Source: Candidatus Bipolaricaulia bacterium (GTDB taxonomy: Bacteria; Bipolaricaulota; Bipolaricaulia; UBA7950; UBA9294). Taken from it: 64,000 nucleotides of DNA. Positions 8,751-17,379 of the stretch are shown here, in pieces (position 1 is the stretch's first letter; the number at the start of each line of letters is the position of its first letter). Under the pieces are notes generated by a model. The model saw only the letters and a program-made list of their open reading frames with translations. It was not told where the DNA came from and made no database searches. The position numbers and the translations under genes are program-made. Location: NCBI GenBank assembly GCA_049643905.1, contig JBARQW010000100.1, positions 7,115 through 71,114 on the forward strand, given 5' to 3'.

Positions 8751-8924
8751 TTAGCTCTTGTTTTCTTCGCGCTTCAAGTACTGGATGATTGCGTCGACCA
8801 CAAGGTAGTTGATCGACCGATCGCGCTTCTCGCCTAGTCGGATCAGGCGCTCAACCGGCTTCTCCTCCATCTTCTTCTGTGGAATGTAGATCGACAGCTT
8901 ATCGAGAATCTCTTTCTTCGCCAC
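8751..8924 (-). CDS. ribbon-helix-helix (CopG/Arc/MetJ-like) small DNA-binding protein
   Basis: 57-60 aa. Predicted beta-strand 'KLSIYIPQ', helix A 'MEEKPVERLIRLGEK', helix B 'SINYLVVDAIIQYLKRE'. GTG start with a GAGGGGG SD. Local GC is about 42% in a roughly 62% GC genome. Confidence 0.55.
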   Translation of the reverse strand: MAKKEILDKLSIYIPQKKMEEKPVERLIRLGEKRDRSINYLVVDAIIQYLKREENKS

Positions 8925-9156
8925 GCAAATCACCCCCTCTCGTCAGATGTTCAGTCCATTGCGGACGTTGCCTTCGTTTCTCAGTGAATGCATGGGTCAA
9001 CATAGAGTATCGGGAGAAGGCGAGGGTTCCATGGAAGCGCGCAGAAAGTAAGATGGAATACAGATGGAAGGGGGTGAGTGTGGGGCCGTTCGGGCCAGAA
9101 TGTGTCTTGCGGCTCCGCTCTCTCATACAATCCGATGCGGGAACGGAGGCAAATGC

Positions 9157-10236
9157 ATGCGAGCTAGACGAAGGATCCACGAGCTCATGCTGCTGGCGAT
9201 CGCGGCCTGTACGTTGACGGCGGCGCTCGGGGGCTGTTCGCTCTTTCTCGACCATGAAGCAGTGATTGACGTCGACGTGGTGGAAGGTGTTGTCCCGCTC
9301 ACGATTCGATTCGACGGATGTCGGTCGACGGGGAGCAGCGGGATCGAATCATACCGCTGGCGCTTCGGGAACGGAGACGAGTCGTTCGATGCAAGCGGGA
9401 CGTACACGTATCTGCACGCGGGGAGCTTCCCGCTGACGCTCACCGTTCGAGGCTTCGACGGCGAGACGAGGACAACGTCCGTGCAGATCGAGGTGAAGGC
9501 GTGCATCTGGCTCGCAGATGCGAGTCTCGGCAAGGTCTACAAGCTGGGTTTGGATGGTCAGCTCGTCACCGAGTTCGATGCGCCTGCAGCAAGCCCACAC
9601 GGGGTTGCGATCGTCGAGTCGGGAGGCGCATGGCGCTTGTACGTTGCCTGTCAGGGGGGCGGGTTTCCTGGCATCTACAGGATCGATCCGGGGACGGGAA
9701 CCGTGGTGAGCGAACTTCCGGCCCCGGCTCAAGCTCCGCTTAGCCTCGCGTACGGCGGCGATGCTCCGCGACGGGTCTGGCATGTCGACGGGACCAGCCG
9801 AAAGATCTATGAACTCAATCCGGGAGATCTGCTCGTGCTTGGCTCTTTCGGGTCGAGCTACTTCTACGCTACGGGGCAAGTCGCCGAGATCGGTCTGTTG
9901 CGTGCGCCGGCGGGATTGGCCTGGACGCGCGAGGAGCCGACCCCGGGGGTGCTGTGGTACTTGGAGGGATCGACGCAGCTGTTGTACCGGATTCGAATCG
10001 TCCCTCCTTCAAGCATCCTCGGCGGGCTGCAGCTGACGGTGGACGGAGAAGGCGTTCCGCTTGACCCATCCGTCTTCCCGGTGACGGGCATGGACTGGTA
10101 TGAAGGATACCTGTGGGTGGTCGATGCGGATCATGCTCAGGTCGTTCAGATCGACCCTGCGACAGGACGGAAGACGGGAGCCGCCGTCGTGGAGCTTCCA
10201 GGGGCGAACGCAGCGGGGCTGACGTTCCAGAAGTAA
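9157..10236 (+). CDS. lipoprotein with PKD domain and YVTN/NHL-type beta-propeller-like repeats
   Basis: Signal peptide plus lipobox 'LTAALGGC'. PKD-like 'IRFDGCRSTGSSGIESYRWRFGNGDESFDASGTYTYLHAGSFPLTLTV'. Repeated 'h-Y-[KR]-h-[DN]-P-x-T-G' blades. GGAGG SD 9 nt upstream. Confidence 0.65.
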   Translation: MRARRRIHELMLLAIAACTLTAALGGCSLFLDHEAVIDVDVVEGVVPLTIRFDGCRSTGSSGIESYRWRFGNGDESFDASGTYTYLHAGSFPLTLTVRGFDGETRTTSVQIEVKACIWLADASLGKVYKLGLDGQLVTEFDAPAASPHGVAIVESGGAWRLYVACQGGGFPGIYRIDPGTGTVVSELPAPAQAPLSLAYGGDAPRRVWHVDGTSRKIYELNPGDLLVLGSFGSSYFYATGQVAEIGLLRAPAGLAWTREEPTPGVLWYLEGSTQLLYRIRIVPPSSILGGLQLTVDGEGVPLDPSVFPVTGMDWYEGYLWVVDADHAQVVQIDPATGRKTGAAVVELPGANAAGLTFQK

Positions 10237-10312
10237 CCGCGTAGCCTCGGCCGCTGTTGCCATGCTGCAGCGGTCCATCTAGAATCGCGGAGATGGGGGT
10301 GCAGTGGCGCGC

Positions 10313-11818
10313 ATGATTCTCTTCAACGGAGCATTCGTCTTCCGTCCGGACGCAGATCTGCTCGTGGTGCAAGACGGCCGGATCGCGGCGATCGGCCCCG
10401 AGGCATCGATTGCTGAGGAGTATCTGTCCGATCCCGACAGGATGGATCTGGAAGGACGAGCCGTCCTTCCTGGCTTCGTCGATGCGCACGTTCACGTGTT
10501 CAATACCGGGCTGACGGAACTCGGGTGGCGTGTTGACCTGTCAGGATTGACGCGCGAGGAGACGTTGGCTGCGCTCGCGGCGAGCGTCGCGGACAGAGGG
10601 TCCCGTGAGTGGGTGATCGGAGCCGGCTGGGACGAAAGCGGCTGGTCCGACCAGAGATACCTGAGTCGGAAGGAGCTCGATCGAATCTCGATGAGTTCGG
10701 CGATCGGGGCGGTGCGAATGGACGGTCACCTCCTCATTGTGAACTCGGAGGCGCTTCGGGTAGTCATCGAGACGCTGCCGGCTGGAGTCGATCGAGCTCT
10801 GGTCGATGAGGAGACAGGGCAGATCCGCGAGGAAGCGGCGTGGAAGGTCCTCCAGTCGGTCGAGCCCGACGAGGCGACGCTCTCCGATGCGCTGACCGCC
10901 GCGGCCAAGCTCTGTCACCGATGTGGGGTGACGTCGGTTCATGCCATGACGCCAAGATCCAGGGTTTCCGTCCTGTTGAAAGCGAGAGGACGCGATCGGC
11001 TGCGCGTCAACGTCTACCAGAAGGTGACCGCTGCCGAAGAGCTCGAGGAGGTGCGCACTGGCGATGGATTCGACGGCGAGTGGGTTCGATTCGGAGGCGT
11101 CAAGGCGTTCGGCGACGGCTCGCTCGGCGCCCAAAACGCCGCCGTAAGAGATCCGTATGCTGATGGAGGGATCGGAGCCCTCAACCACAGCGACGAGTCC
11201 CTGGAGCGGATCGTTCGCGGATCGGATCGGTCTGGCTGGCAGACGGCGATTCACGCTATCGGAGATCGAGCGATCGAGCAGGTCCTGCGGGTGCACGCGT
11301 CCGTCGGTTCTTCCGCCGATTGTCGGCACAGGGTTGAGCACGTCGAACTCGCCACCCTCGATCAGATAGAACGCGCGCGCGACTTGGGCCTTCACCTCTC
11401 GATGCAGCCGAACTTCATCGGGAACTGGTCGGGATCCGGATCGATGAACGAGCGTCGACTCGGTCGGGCAAGAGACGAGGCATCGAATCCGCTGCGGCGT
11501 GTCCTGGATTCCGGCGCCCCGCTGGCGCTCGGGTCTGACGGGATGCCCGTCTCCCCGATCTTCGGCATCCACTCCGCCGCCAACAGCGCGTACGAGCTCC
11601 AGCGAGTGACCGTCGAAGAGGCGATCGGTTGTTACACCGAGGGCGGCGCTCGGTTCGGGTTCGAGGAGGAAGTCAAGGGGAGGCTCGAGGTTGGGGCTCT
11701 CGCGGATCTTGTCGTGATGGACGAAGATCCTCGCAGGGCGCCTGATAGGGTCTCCGAACGCCGGATCGAACGTGTGTTCGTCGGCGGGGAATGTGTCTTC
11801 GCTTCAGAGGAGGACTAG
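10313..11818 (+). CDS. amidohydrolase family protein (Amidohydro_3 / YtcJ-like metal-dependent hydrolase)
   Basis: 'MILFNGAFVF', metal-binding 'PGFVDAHVHV', C-terminal 'GSDGMPVSP' and 'VGALADLVVMDEDP'. Confidence 0.75.
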   Translation: MILFNGAFVFRPDADLLVVQDGRIAAIGPEASIAEEYLSDPDRMDLEGRAVLPGFVDAHVHVFNTGLTELGWRVDLSGLTREETLAALAASVADRGSREWVIGAGWDESGWSDQRYLSRKELDRISMSSAIGAVRMDGHLLIVNSEALRVVIETLPAGVDRALVDEETGQIREEAAWKVLQSVEPDEATLSDALTAAAKLCHRCGVTSVHAMTPRSRVSVLLKARGRDRLRVNVYQKVTAAEELEEVRTGDGFDGEWVRFGGVKAFGDGSLGAQNAAVRDPYADGGIGALNHSDESLERIVRGSDRSGWQTAIHAIGDRAIEQVLRVHASVGSSADCRHRVEHVELATLDQIERARDLGLHLSMQPNFIGNWSGSGSMNERRLGRARDEASNPLRRVLDSGAPLALGSDGMPVSPIFGIHSAANSAYELQRVTVEEAIGCYTEGGARFGFEEEVKGRLEVGALADLVVMDEDPRRAPDRVSERRIERVFVGGECVFASEED

Positions 11819-11819
11819 C

Positions 11820-13010
11820 ATGCGGATCGGCCTGTTCACAGATGCGTACTTGCCGGAGATCAGCGGCGTGACGATCCTCGTGCGCCGTCTTCGGGATGAG
11901 CTGGAAAGACTGGGACACGAGACGTACGTCTATGCTCCGCGCTACGATCGGCCCTCGGATGACGAGCGAGGGACCTTTCGATTCCGTGCGGGACCCGTCT
12001 TCTCGTACAAGACGGCGAGGATCGCCGTGCCGTACAACCGAGAGGCGGCTCGTACGTACTCCACCTTGGATGTGGTTCACAGCCACACGCCGTTCTCTCT
12101 CGCCTACGCGGCGTTGTCGGCCGCCTACCGCCATCGGCTTCCGCACGTCCAGACCTACCACACGTACTTGAGCCAGTACCGACACTACGTGCCGCGTGCT
12201 CTGCGACCTTCCGTGAAGGGGGCGGAGCGGTACTCGGCCCTTCTCTGCAATCGGTGCACCGTGGTCACGGTCCCCACACAATCAATCCAGGATGAGCTCC
12301 GACGTTTCGGCGTTCGCCGTCCGATCCACGTTCTTCCGTTCGGCCCGGATCTTCCGCTCTACGAGCGCCCGGCGGCCTGGATGCCGCGGGAGGCGCTCGA
12401 TATTCCGGAGGACGCCACGATTCACTTGTACGCCGGACGCCTGGCCGAGGAGAAGAATCTGAGCTTCGTGTTGCGAGCCTTCGGACGAATCAGGGAGCTC
12501 GATCCGAGGTCGATCCTCGTCTTCGCCGGCGACGGCCCGTCCCGTGCGTCACTGGATGCGCAAGCGACTGCGATGGGGCTGGGAGAGGCGGTGCGCTTCC
12601 CAGGCTTTCTCGATCAACCGCGGCTGATCGACCTGTACAAGGCGGCCGACCTGTTCCTGTTTGCATCGAAGACCGAGACGCAAGGACTGGTCCTCGTCGA
12701 GGCGATGGCGGGCGGAACCCCTGCGGTTGCTGTTGAGGCCCTCGGTGTGCGAGACGTCGTGTGCGACGGAGAGAACGGCTTTCTCGTTCCCGAGGACGAG
12801 GCGATCTTCGCCCAGAAGGCGATCGACGTGATTTCGACGGCCTCCATCTACGAGAAGCTGTGCGAGGGCGCTCGGCGGACTGCGGAGGAGTCGTCGGTTC
12901 AGGCATCGACGCAGCACCTCCTGAAGATCTATGAGGGTTGCACGAGTGCGTCGATCCGATCGCGCGTTCCTTGGCGTCGAATCCGTCGCAGGCGAGGAAG
13001 CGCGGCTTGA
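11820..13010 (+). CDS. GT4-family glycosyltransferase
   Basis: 'MRIGLFTDAYLPEISGV' N-terminus, C-terminal 'E...GLVLVEAMAGGTPAVA' EX7E-like motif. GAGGAGGA SD 6 nt upstream. The ATG abuts the amidohydrolase stop. Confidence 0.75.
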   Translation: MRIGLFTDAYLPEISGVTILVRRLRDELERLGHETYVYAPRYDRPSDDERGTFRFRAGPVFSYKTARIAVPYNREAARTYSTLDVVHSHTPFSLAYAALSAAYRHRLPHVQTYHTYLSQYRHYVPRALRPSVKGAERYSALLCNRCTVVTVPTQSIQDELRRFGVRRPIHVLPFGPDLPLYERPAAWMPREALDIPEDATIHLYAGRLAEEKNLSFVLRAFGRIRELDPRSILVFAGDGPSRASLDAQATAMGLGEAVRFPGFLDQPRLIDLYKAADLFLFASKTETQGLVLVEAMAGGTPAVAVEALGVRDVVCDGENGFLVPEDEAIFAQKAIDVISTASIYEKLCEGARRTAEESSVQASTQHLLKIYEGCTSASIRSRVPWRRIRRRRGSAA

Positions 13011-13993
13011 GGATCGGCCTGCTGACGAGCGGCGGGGACGCGCCGGGAATGAACGCGGCGATTCGCTCGGTCGTCCGCTGCGGGACCGACCTGGGACTCG
13101 ACTTGCTCGGTGTGCGTCGTGGGTTCAATGGACTGATTGAGGGCGATGTTGTGCCGCTCGACAACCGCGCGGTCGGCGGGATCGTCGAGCGAGGCGGGAC
13201 GATGCTCTTGAGCGCTCGATCAGAGGCATTCCTCACACCCGAGGGACGGGAAAAAGCACTGGCGGAGATTCGATGTCAGCGCCTGGATGGACTCGTCATC
13301 ATTGGGGGAAACGGGTCGCTACGCGGCGCGCGATGGCTCGACGAGAACGGCGTGTGCACCGTCGGGATTCCTGCATCGATCGACAATGACATCCCGAGGA
13401 CCGACATGTCGATCGGCGTCGACACTGCTTTGAACACAGTTGTCGAAGCCCTGACTCGGGTTCGCGACACGGCGGTCGCACACGAAAGGGCCTTCGTCAT
13501 CGAGGTGATGGGGCGGAAGTCGGGGTACATCGCTCTGATGGGCGGGCTTGCAGGCGGGGCGGAAGTCGTCCTGTTGCCTGAGATGTCGATGACGCTCTCA
13601 GACGTCGTGGAACGAGTCTGTGAAGGCGTGCGGAAAGGAAAGCGTCACTCGATCATCGTCGTTGCCGAGGGGTTCGCGCCGACGGATCTTCAGGACGCTT
13701 CGCCCTCGCCAGGACGGGCGGTGGCAGAAGCCCTTCAGCAAGACGGGACGGTCGAGACCCGGCTCACGATCCTCGGACATCTCCAGAGAGGCGGGTCGCC
13801 TTCGGCTTCGGATCGCATGTTGGCTTGTCGATTGGGACAAGCGGCGGCCACTTGGCAGGCGAAGCGAGAGACCGGCACGTACGCGGGCCTGGTCGGCAAC
13901 AGAATCGCCCCCGTCCCGCTTGGCGCAGTGGAGGAGGGATGCCGAAACGTCGATCTTGATCTGCTACGCCTCGCCGATGTTCTCGCTCATTAG
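13007..13993 (+). CDS. pfkA: ATP-dependent 6-phosphofructokinase
   Basis: 'RIGLLTSGGDAPGMNAAIR', 'GGNGSL', 'PASIDNDI', 'MGRKSGYIAL'. TTG start in a TTGA overlap with the GT4 stop, preceded by AGGAAG. Confidence 0.85.
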   Translation: MRIGLLTSGGDAPGMNAAIRSVVRCGTDLGLDLLGVRRGFNGLIEGDVVPLDNRAVGGIVERGGTMLLSARSEAFLTPEGREKALAEIRCQRLDGLVIIGGNGSLRGARWLDENGVCTVGIPASIDNDIPRTDMSIGVDTALNTVVEALTRVRDTAVAHERAFVIEVMGRKSGYIALMGGLAGGAEVVLLPEMSMTLSDVVERVCEGVRKGKRHSIIVVAEGFAPTDLQDASPSPGRAVAEALQQDGTVETRLTILGHLQRGGSPSASDRMLACRLGQAAATWQAKRETGTYAGLVGNRIAPVPLGAVEEGCRNVDLDLLRLADVLAH

Positions 13994-14005
13994 AGTCGAG
14001 AACCC

Positions 14006-15829
14006 TCACTCCACGGTGACGGTCTTGGCAAGGTTTCGGGGTTGATCGACGTCTGTGCCTCGCCAGACGGCCGTGTGATAAGCGAGCAGCTGCAGCGGTA
14101 GGGTGAACAGGATCGGGCGAGAGATCCCTTCGATCTCCGGAACCGCCAGGACTGTGTCAGCGACGCGTGCGAGTGCAGGCTCGTCAGGAGCGTCGGTCAC
14201 GACAATCAGGTGACCGTTTCGCGCTTTGACCTCCTCCATGTTCGCAAGGACCTTCTCGTAGGCGATCCCTCGCGACAACAGGAAGACGACGGGGGTTCCG
14301 TCGTCGATCAGTGCGATTGGCCCGTGTTTCATCTCGCCGGCGGGATACGCCTCGGCGTGGATGTAGGAGATCTCCTTCAGCTTTAGCGCGCCCTCGAGTG
14401 CGATCGGGAACAGAGCGCCTCGTGCAAGGAAGAGGACGTCGGTCGCGTGGTGGAGCTTCTCGGCGAGCCGATGGATCTCCGGCTCCGCTTGGAGGGTCTC
14501 CGTGATCCGGCCGGGCAGGAGCGAGAGATGCGAGAGTTCCGATGCGATCAGCTCTTCGGCCTCGCCTGTCTTTCGGCGAGCCAGTTCGAGACCGAGAAGC
14601 CCGAGCGCCGCGATCTGCGCGGTGAAGGTCTTCGTCGCGGCGACGCCGATTTCGATGCCGGCGCGCGTGTACACGCTTGCGTCTGCCTCTCGGTCGATTG
14701 CCGAGTGCTCGCTGTTAACGACGGCGACGATGTGCGCGTTCTTCTCCCGAGCTCGCCGAACGGCCATCAGCGTGTCGATCGTCTCCCCCGATTGGGAGAC
14801 AGCAACGACGAGAGTCTTGTCCGTGATGTGCGGCTGACGGATCCGGAACTCCGAGGCGATCACAGCCTGGATTGGAACGGGGAGAAACTTCTCCCACAGG
14901 TACTCGGCAGTCAGCGAGGCGTGGTAGGCGGTTCCACAGGCGACGAGGTAGACGTGATCGAACGAACTCGCCGCGTCGCCCAGGCCGTCGAGATCGATCG
15001 AGATGTCCTTCTGATCGATCTTCTCGCGAATCGTCTCTCCGACGGCGCGGGCCTGCTCGTGAATCTCCTTCAGCATGAAGTGCTTGTAGCCGCCCTTCTG
15101 GATCGAAACGGGATCGACCGAGACTTTGTGAGAGGGGCGTTCGATCGGCCTCCCTGCAATGTCGTAGACCCGAATGCTGTCGCGGCTCAATTCGGCGACC
15201 TCGTCGTCCCCCAGGAATTGGACGTCGGTGGCCCGGCCTAGAAGAGCCGGGATGTCCGAACAGGCAAAGGTTCCCGTCGGGCCCGATCCAAGGACGAGAG
15301 GGCTGCCCCTCCGCGCGACGAAGACGCGGTTCGGTGCGTCCAAACTGATCACCGCGAGCGCGAACGCGCCTTCGGCCTGAGAGACCACCGCGCGAATCGC
15401 CGTGAGGAGATCACCATCGGCTTCTGACTCCATGAGGTGTGCGAGGACTTCGGTGTCCGTCTCTGACGAGAACCGATGCCCTTCCTCCATCAGGCGTTCT
15501 CTCAAGGGCATGTAGTTCTCGATGATTCCGTTATGGATGACGGCGATCCTGCCGTGACAATCGAAGTGAGGATGGGCATTGGCCTCGGTCGGCGGCCCGT
15601 GAGTGGCCCAGCGCGTGTGTCCGATGCCGATCGTCGCTGCAGGTGATTCCGGGTTGAGATCCGCTTCCAGTTCCTTGACCTTGCCGGCCCGGCGGAAACG
15701 CAAGATGCGATCTGACTCCAGGACCGCGATGCCTGCGGAGTCGTACCCTCGGTACTCCAGCCGCTTCAGACCCTCGAGAAGGAGGGGGACGGCTTGCTCG
15801 CTCCCGACGTAGCCGATGATGCCGCACAT
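14006..15829 (-). CDS. glmS: glutamine--fructose-6-phosphate aminotransferase (isomerizing)
   Basis: Starts MCGIIGY (catalytic Cys2), two SIS domains, ends '...AKTVTVE'; 607 aa. Confidence 0.9.
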   Translation of the reverse strand: MCGIIGYVGSEQAVPLLLEGLKRLEYRGYDSAGIAVLESDRILRFRRAGKVKELEADLNPESPAATIGIGHTRWATHGPPTEANAHPHFDCHGRIAVIHNGIIENYMPLRERLMEEGHRFSSETDTEVLAHLMESEADGDLLTAIRAVVSQAEGAFALAVISLDAPNRVFVARRGSPLVLGSGPTGTFACSDIPALLGRATDVQFLGDDEVAELSRDSIRVYDIAGRPIERPSHKVSVDPVSIQKGGYKHFMLKEIHEQARAVGETIREKIDQKDISIDLDGLGDAASSFDHVYLVACGTAYHASLTAEYLWEKFLPVPIQAVIASEFRIRQPHITDKTLVVAVSQSGETIDTLMAVRRAREKNAHIVAVVNSEHSAIDREADASVYTRAGIEIGVAATKTFTAQIAALGLLGLELARRKTGEAEELIASELSHLSLLPGRITETLQAEPEIHRLAEKLHHATDVLFLARGALFPIALEGALKLKEISYIHAEAYPAGEMKHGPIALIDDGTPVVFLLSRGIAYEKVLANMEEVKARNGHLIVVTDAPDEPALARVADTVLAVPEIEGISRPILFTLPLQLLAYHTAVWRGTDVDQPRNLAKTVTVE

Positions 15830-15887
15830 TCCGATCACCCGTTGAGTCGGAAGTGTACTTGTGGCACTGGGAATGTCCAACCCATCG

Positions 15888-15916
15888 TTGTTCATCGCAT
15901 GCCGGGCTGCTATAAT
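15888..15916 (+). promoter_or_regulatory. sigma-70-type promoter for the bifunctional-nuclease gene
   Basis: TTGTTC-17-TATAAT (15888-15893 / 15911-15916), then AAGGAGGA SD before ATG 15940. Confidence 0.55.
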
Positions 15917-15939
15917 CCGTTTGTCAAAGGAGGACCGAG

Positions 15940-16455
15940 ATGCGGGAAGTCGTGATCAAGGCATTGCTCGTCGATCCCTCCAACAACTCGCCCGTCGTTC
16001 TCCTACGAGACAGAGCCTCGAAGAAGGCCCTGCCGATTTGGATCGGTGATGCGGAAGCGATCTCGATTGCGTTCGGTCTTCAGACCGAGGACTTCCCCCG
16101 GCCACTGACGCACGCCCTGATGAAGGCGATGATCGACAATCTGAACGCGAGCGTGGAGAGGGTCGTGATCAAAGCGATGAAGGACGGAACCTACTTCGCG
16201 TCGATCTACGTCAAGGACGATCAAGGGGACGAGCTCGAGTTTGACGCGCGCCCTTCCGATTCGCTCGCACTCTCGCTCCGAGCCGGTTGCCCTATCTTCA
16301 TCGCCGATGAGGTGTTCGAGACCGCGTCGATTGAGTCTCCGTTTGCCGAGGAAGATGAGTTCGGCGACTTCATCGAGTATGGGCTGGATCTCGGAGAGTT
16401 CCGGCGTCGGAGTGTCCCGGAAGAAGGAGAGCGGCCGGGGGAGACTTCCGACTGA
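15940..16455 (+). CDS. bifunctional nuclease family protein (BFN/DUF151)
   Basis: 171 aa; 'VLLRDRASKKALPIWIGDAEAISIA' and 'DARPSDSLALSLRAGCPIF' typical of DUF151. Confidence 0.7.
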   Translation: MREVVIKALLVDPSNNSPVVLLRDRASKKALPIWIGDAEAISIAFGLQTEDFPRPLTHALMKAMIDNLNASVERVVIKAMKDGTYFASIYVKDDQGDELEFDARPSDSLALSLRAGCPIFIADEVFETASIESPFAEEDEFGDFIEYGLDLGEFRRRSVPEEGERPGETSD

Positions 16456-16459
16456 TCGC

Positions 16460-17311
16460 CTAGCCTCGCTGGACCTCGAGGCCGCGAGGCAGCGTGAGAA
16501 CATCCTCCAGAGTCATTCCTTGATCGATCTTCGTTTGCCGGAGCTGAATCGACTTGTCCCTTCGCCCGTCCGAGAAGAAGACGACCTTCCCAACGAGGTA
16601 CGTCTCGCGGTCGATCCAGACCATCTGAGTCAACTCGCCGGTTGCCGCGTCACGAGCCTCGAGGATGTACTCGCCGCGGATCGCATTCTCGACCGCTGTT
16701 CCTACCGTCCGAGTGAAACCGAACTCCCCCACATCGGATTCGGAGAGACCGGGGCAGAACGACGTTTCGAAGGGGCTCGACGAATCGGTCAGCGTTCCGT
16801 GGAGCGCGATCGAAGTGGAGAACAGGTCCGTCGAGAACGTCGGGACGTTCTGCAGCACTTGAAGCCTGAGTTTGCCGGTATCCCAGTCGTCCTTGAGCTG
16901 CGATAGATCGAGACCGGCGAGGCCGACCGCGGCCAGCGGAAGCCCGACCCATCGTCGAACGACGATCAGACCCTGATCCGGAAGGGCATGCGAAAGCAGG
17001 TCGTTCTCCACGGTGAAGATCTGGTCCTTAAGACTGGCCGGACTGAGGTAGTGCACCCAAAGAGCCTGTACGGGCTGGTTCAGGAGCTTGACCCGCATGC
17101 GGAGCGACCCGTTCTCTGTCTCGTTCTCGGTCACCTCGACGATCGCTTCCAGATCCTTGATCCGCGAAAGGGCGTTCTCGACCCGCCAGATCAGGCCTGC
17201 AACCTCGGTTGGCGGATGCTCCTCGAACAGGTAGTGGTCGACGGCGGCGACGGTGACGATGAGGGAGACGAACACGCCGATCGCCAGAAGGATGTAGCTT
17301 TGACTGTTCAT
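16460..17311 (-). CDS. membrane-anchored hypothetical protein (single N-terminal TM helix; possible LolA/RseB-like fold)
   Basis: 283 aa, N-terminal 'ILLAIGVFVSLIVTVAAV' TM segment; no recognisable catalytic motif. Confidence 0.55.
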   Translation of the reverse strand: MNSQSYILLAIGVFVSLIVTVAAVDHYLFEEHPPTEVAGLIWRVENALSRIKDLEAIVEVTENETENGSLRMRVKLLNQPVQALWVHYLSPASLKDQIFTVENDLLSHALPDQGLIVVRRWVGLPLAAVGLAGLDLSQLKDDWDTGKLRLQVLQNVPTFSTDLFSTSIALHGTLTDSSSPFETSFCPGLSESDVGEFGFTRTVGTAVENAIRGEYILEARDAATGELTQMVWIDRETYLVGKVVFFSDGRRDKSIQLRQTKIDQGMTLEDVLTLPRGLEVQRG

Positions 17312-17348
17312 CGGTGAGCATTATAATCCTGTTCCGAAGGGCGTTCAA
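17300..17348. promoter_or_regulatory. overlapping divergent promoters sharing a palindromic -10 (ATTATAAT)
   Basis: Plus strand: TTGACT(17300-17305)-16-TATAAT(17322-17327) upstream of pgk. Minus strand: TTGAAC(rc of 17343-17348)-17-TATAAT(rc of 17320-17325) ending about 8 nt before the ATG of the 16460-17311 gene (leaderless). Confidence 0.5.
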
Positions 17349-17379
17349 ATCGATTCCAATGGCAATGAGGAGGACGTTG

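Noticed and set aside
8879-9255. ORFs 8879-9217(+) and 8899-9255(-) in the RHH/lipoprotein intergenic region
   Set aside because: They overlap the RHH gene and the lipoprotein start and have no protein-like features. The region is better explained as AT-rich promoter DNA.
15830-15939. glmS ribozyme upstream of glmS
   Set aside because: The 110-nt upstream region shows no recognisable glmS-ribozyme core. It is mostly occupied by the divergent BFN promoter.
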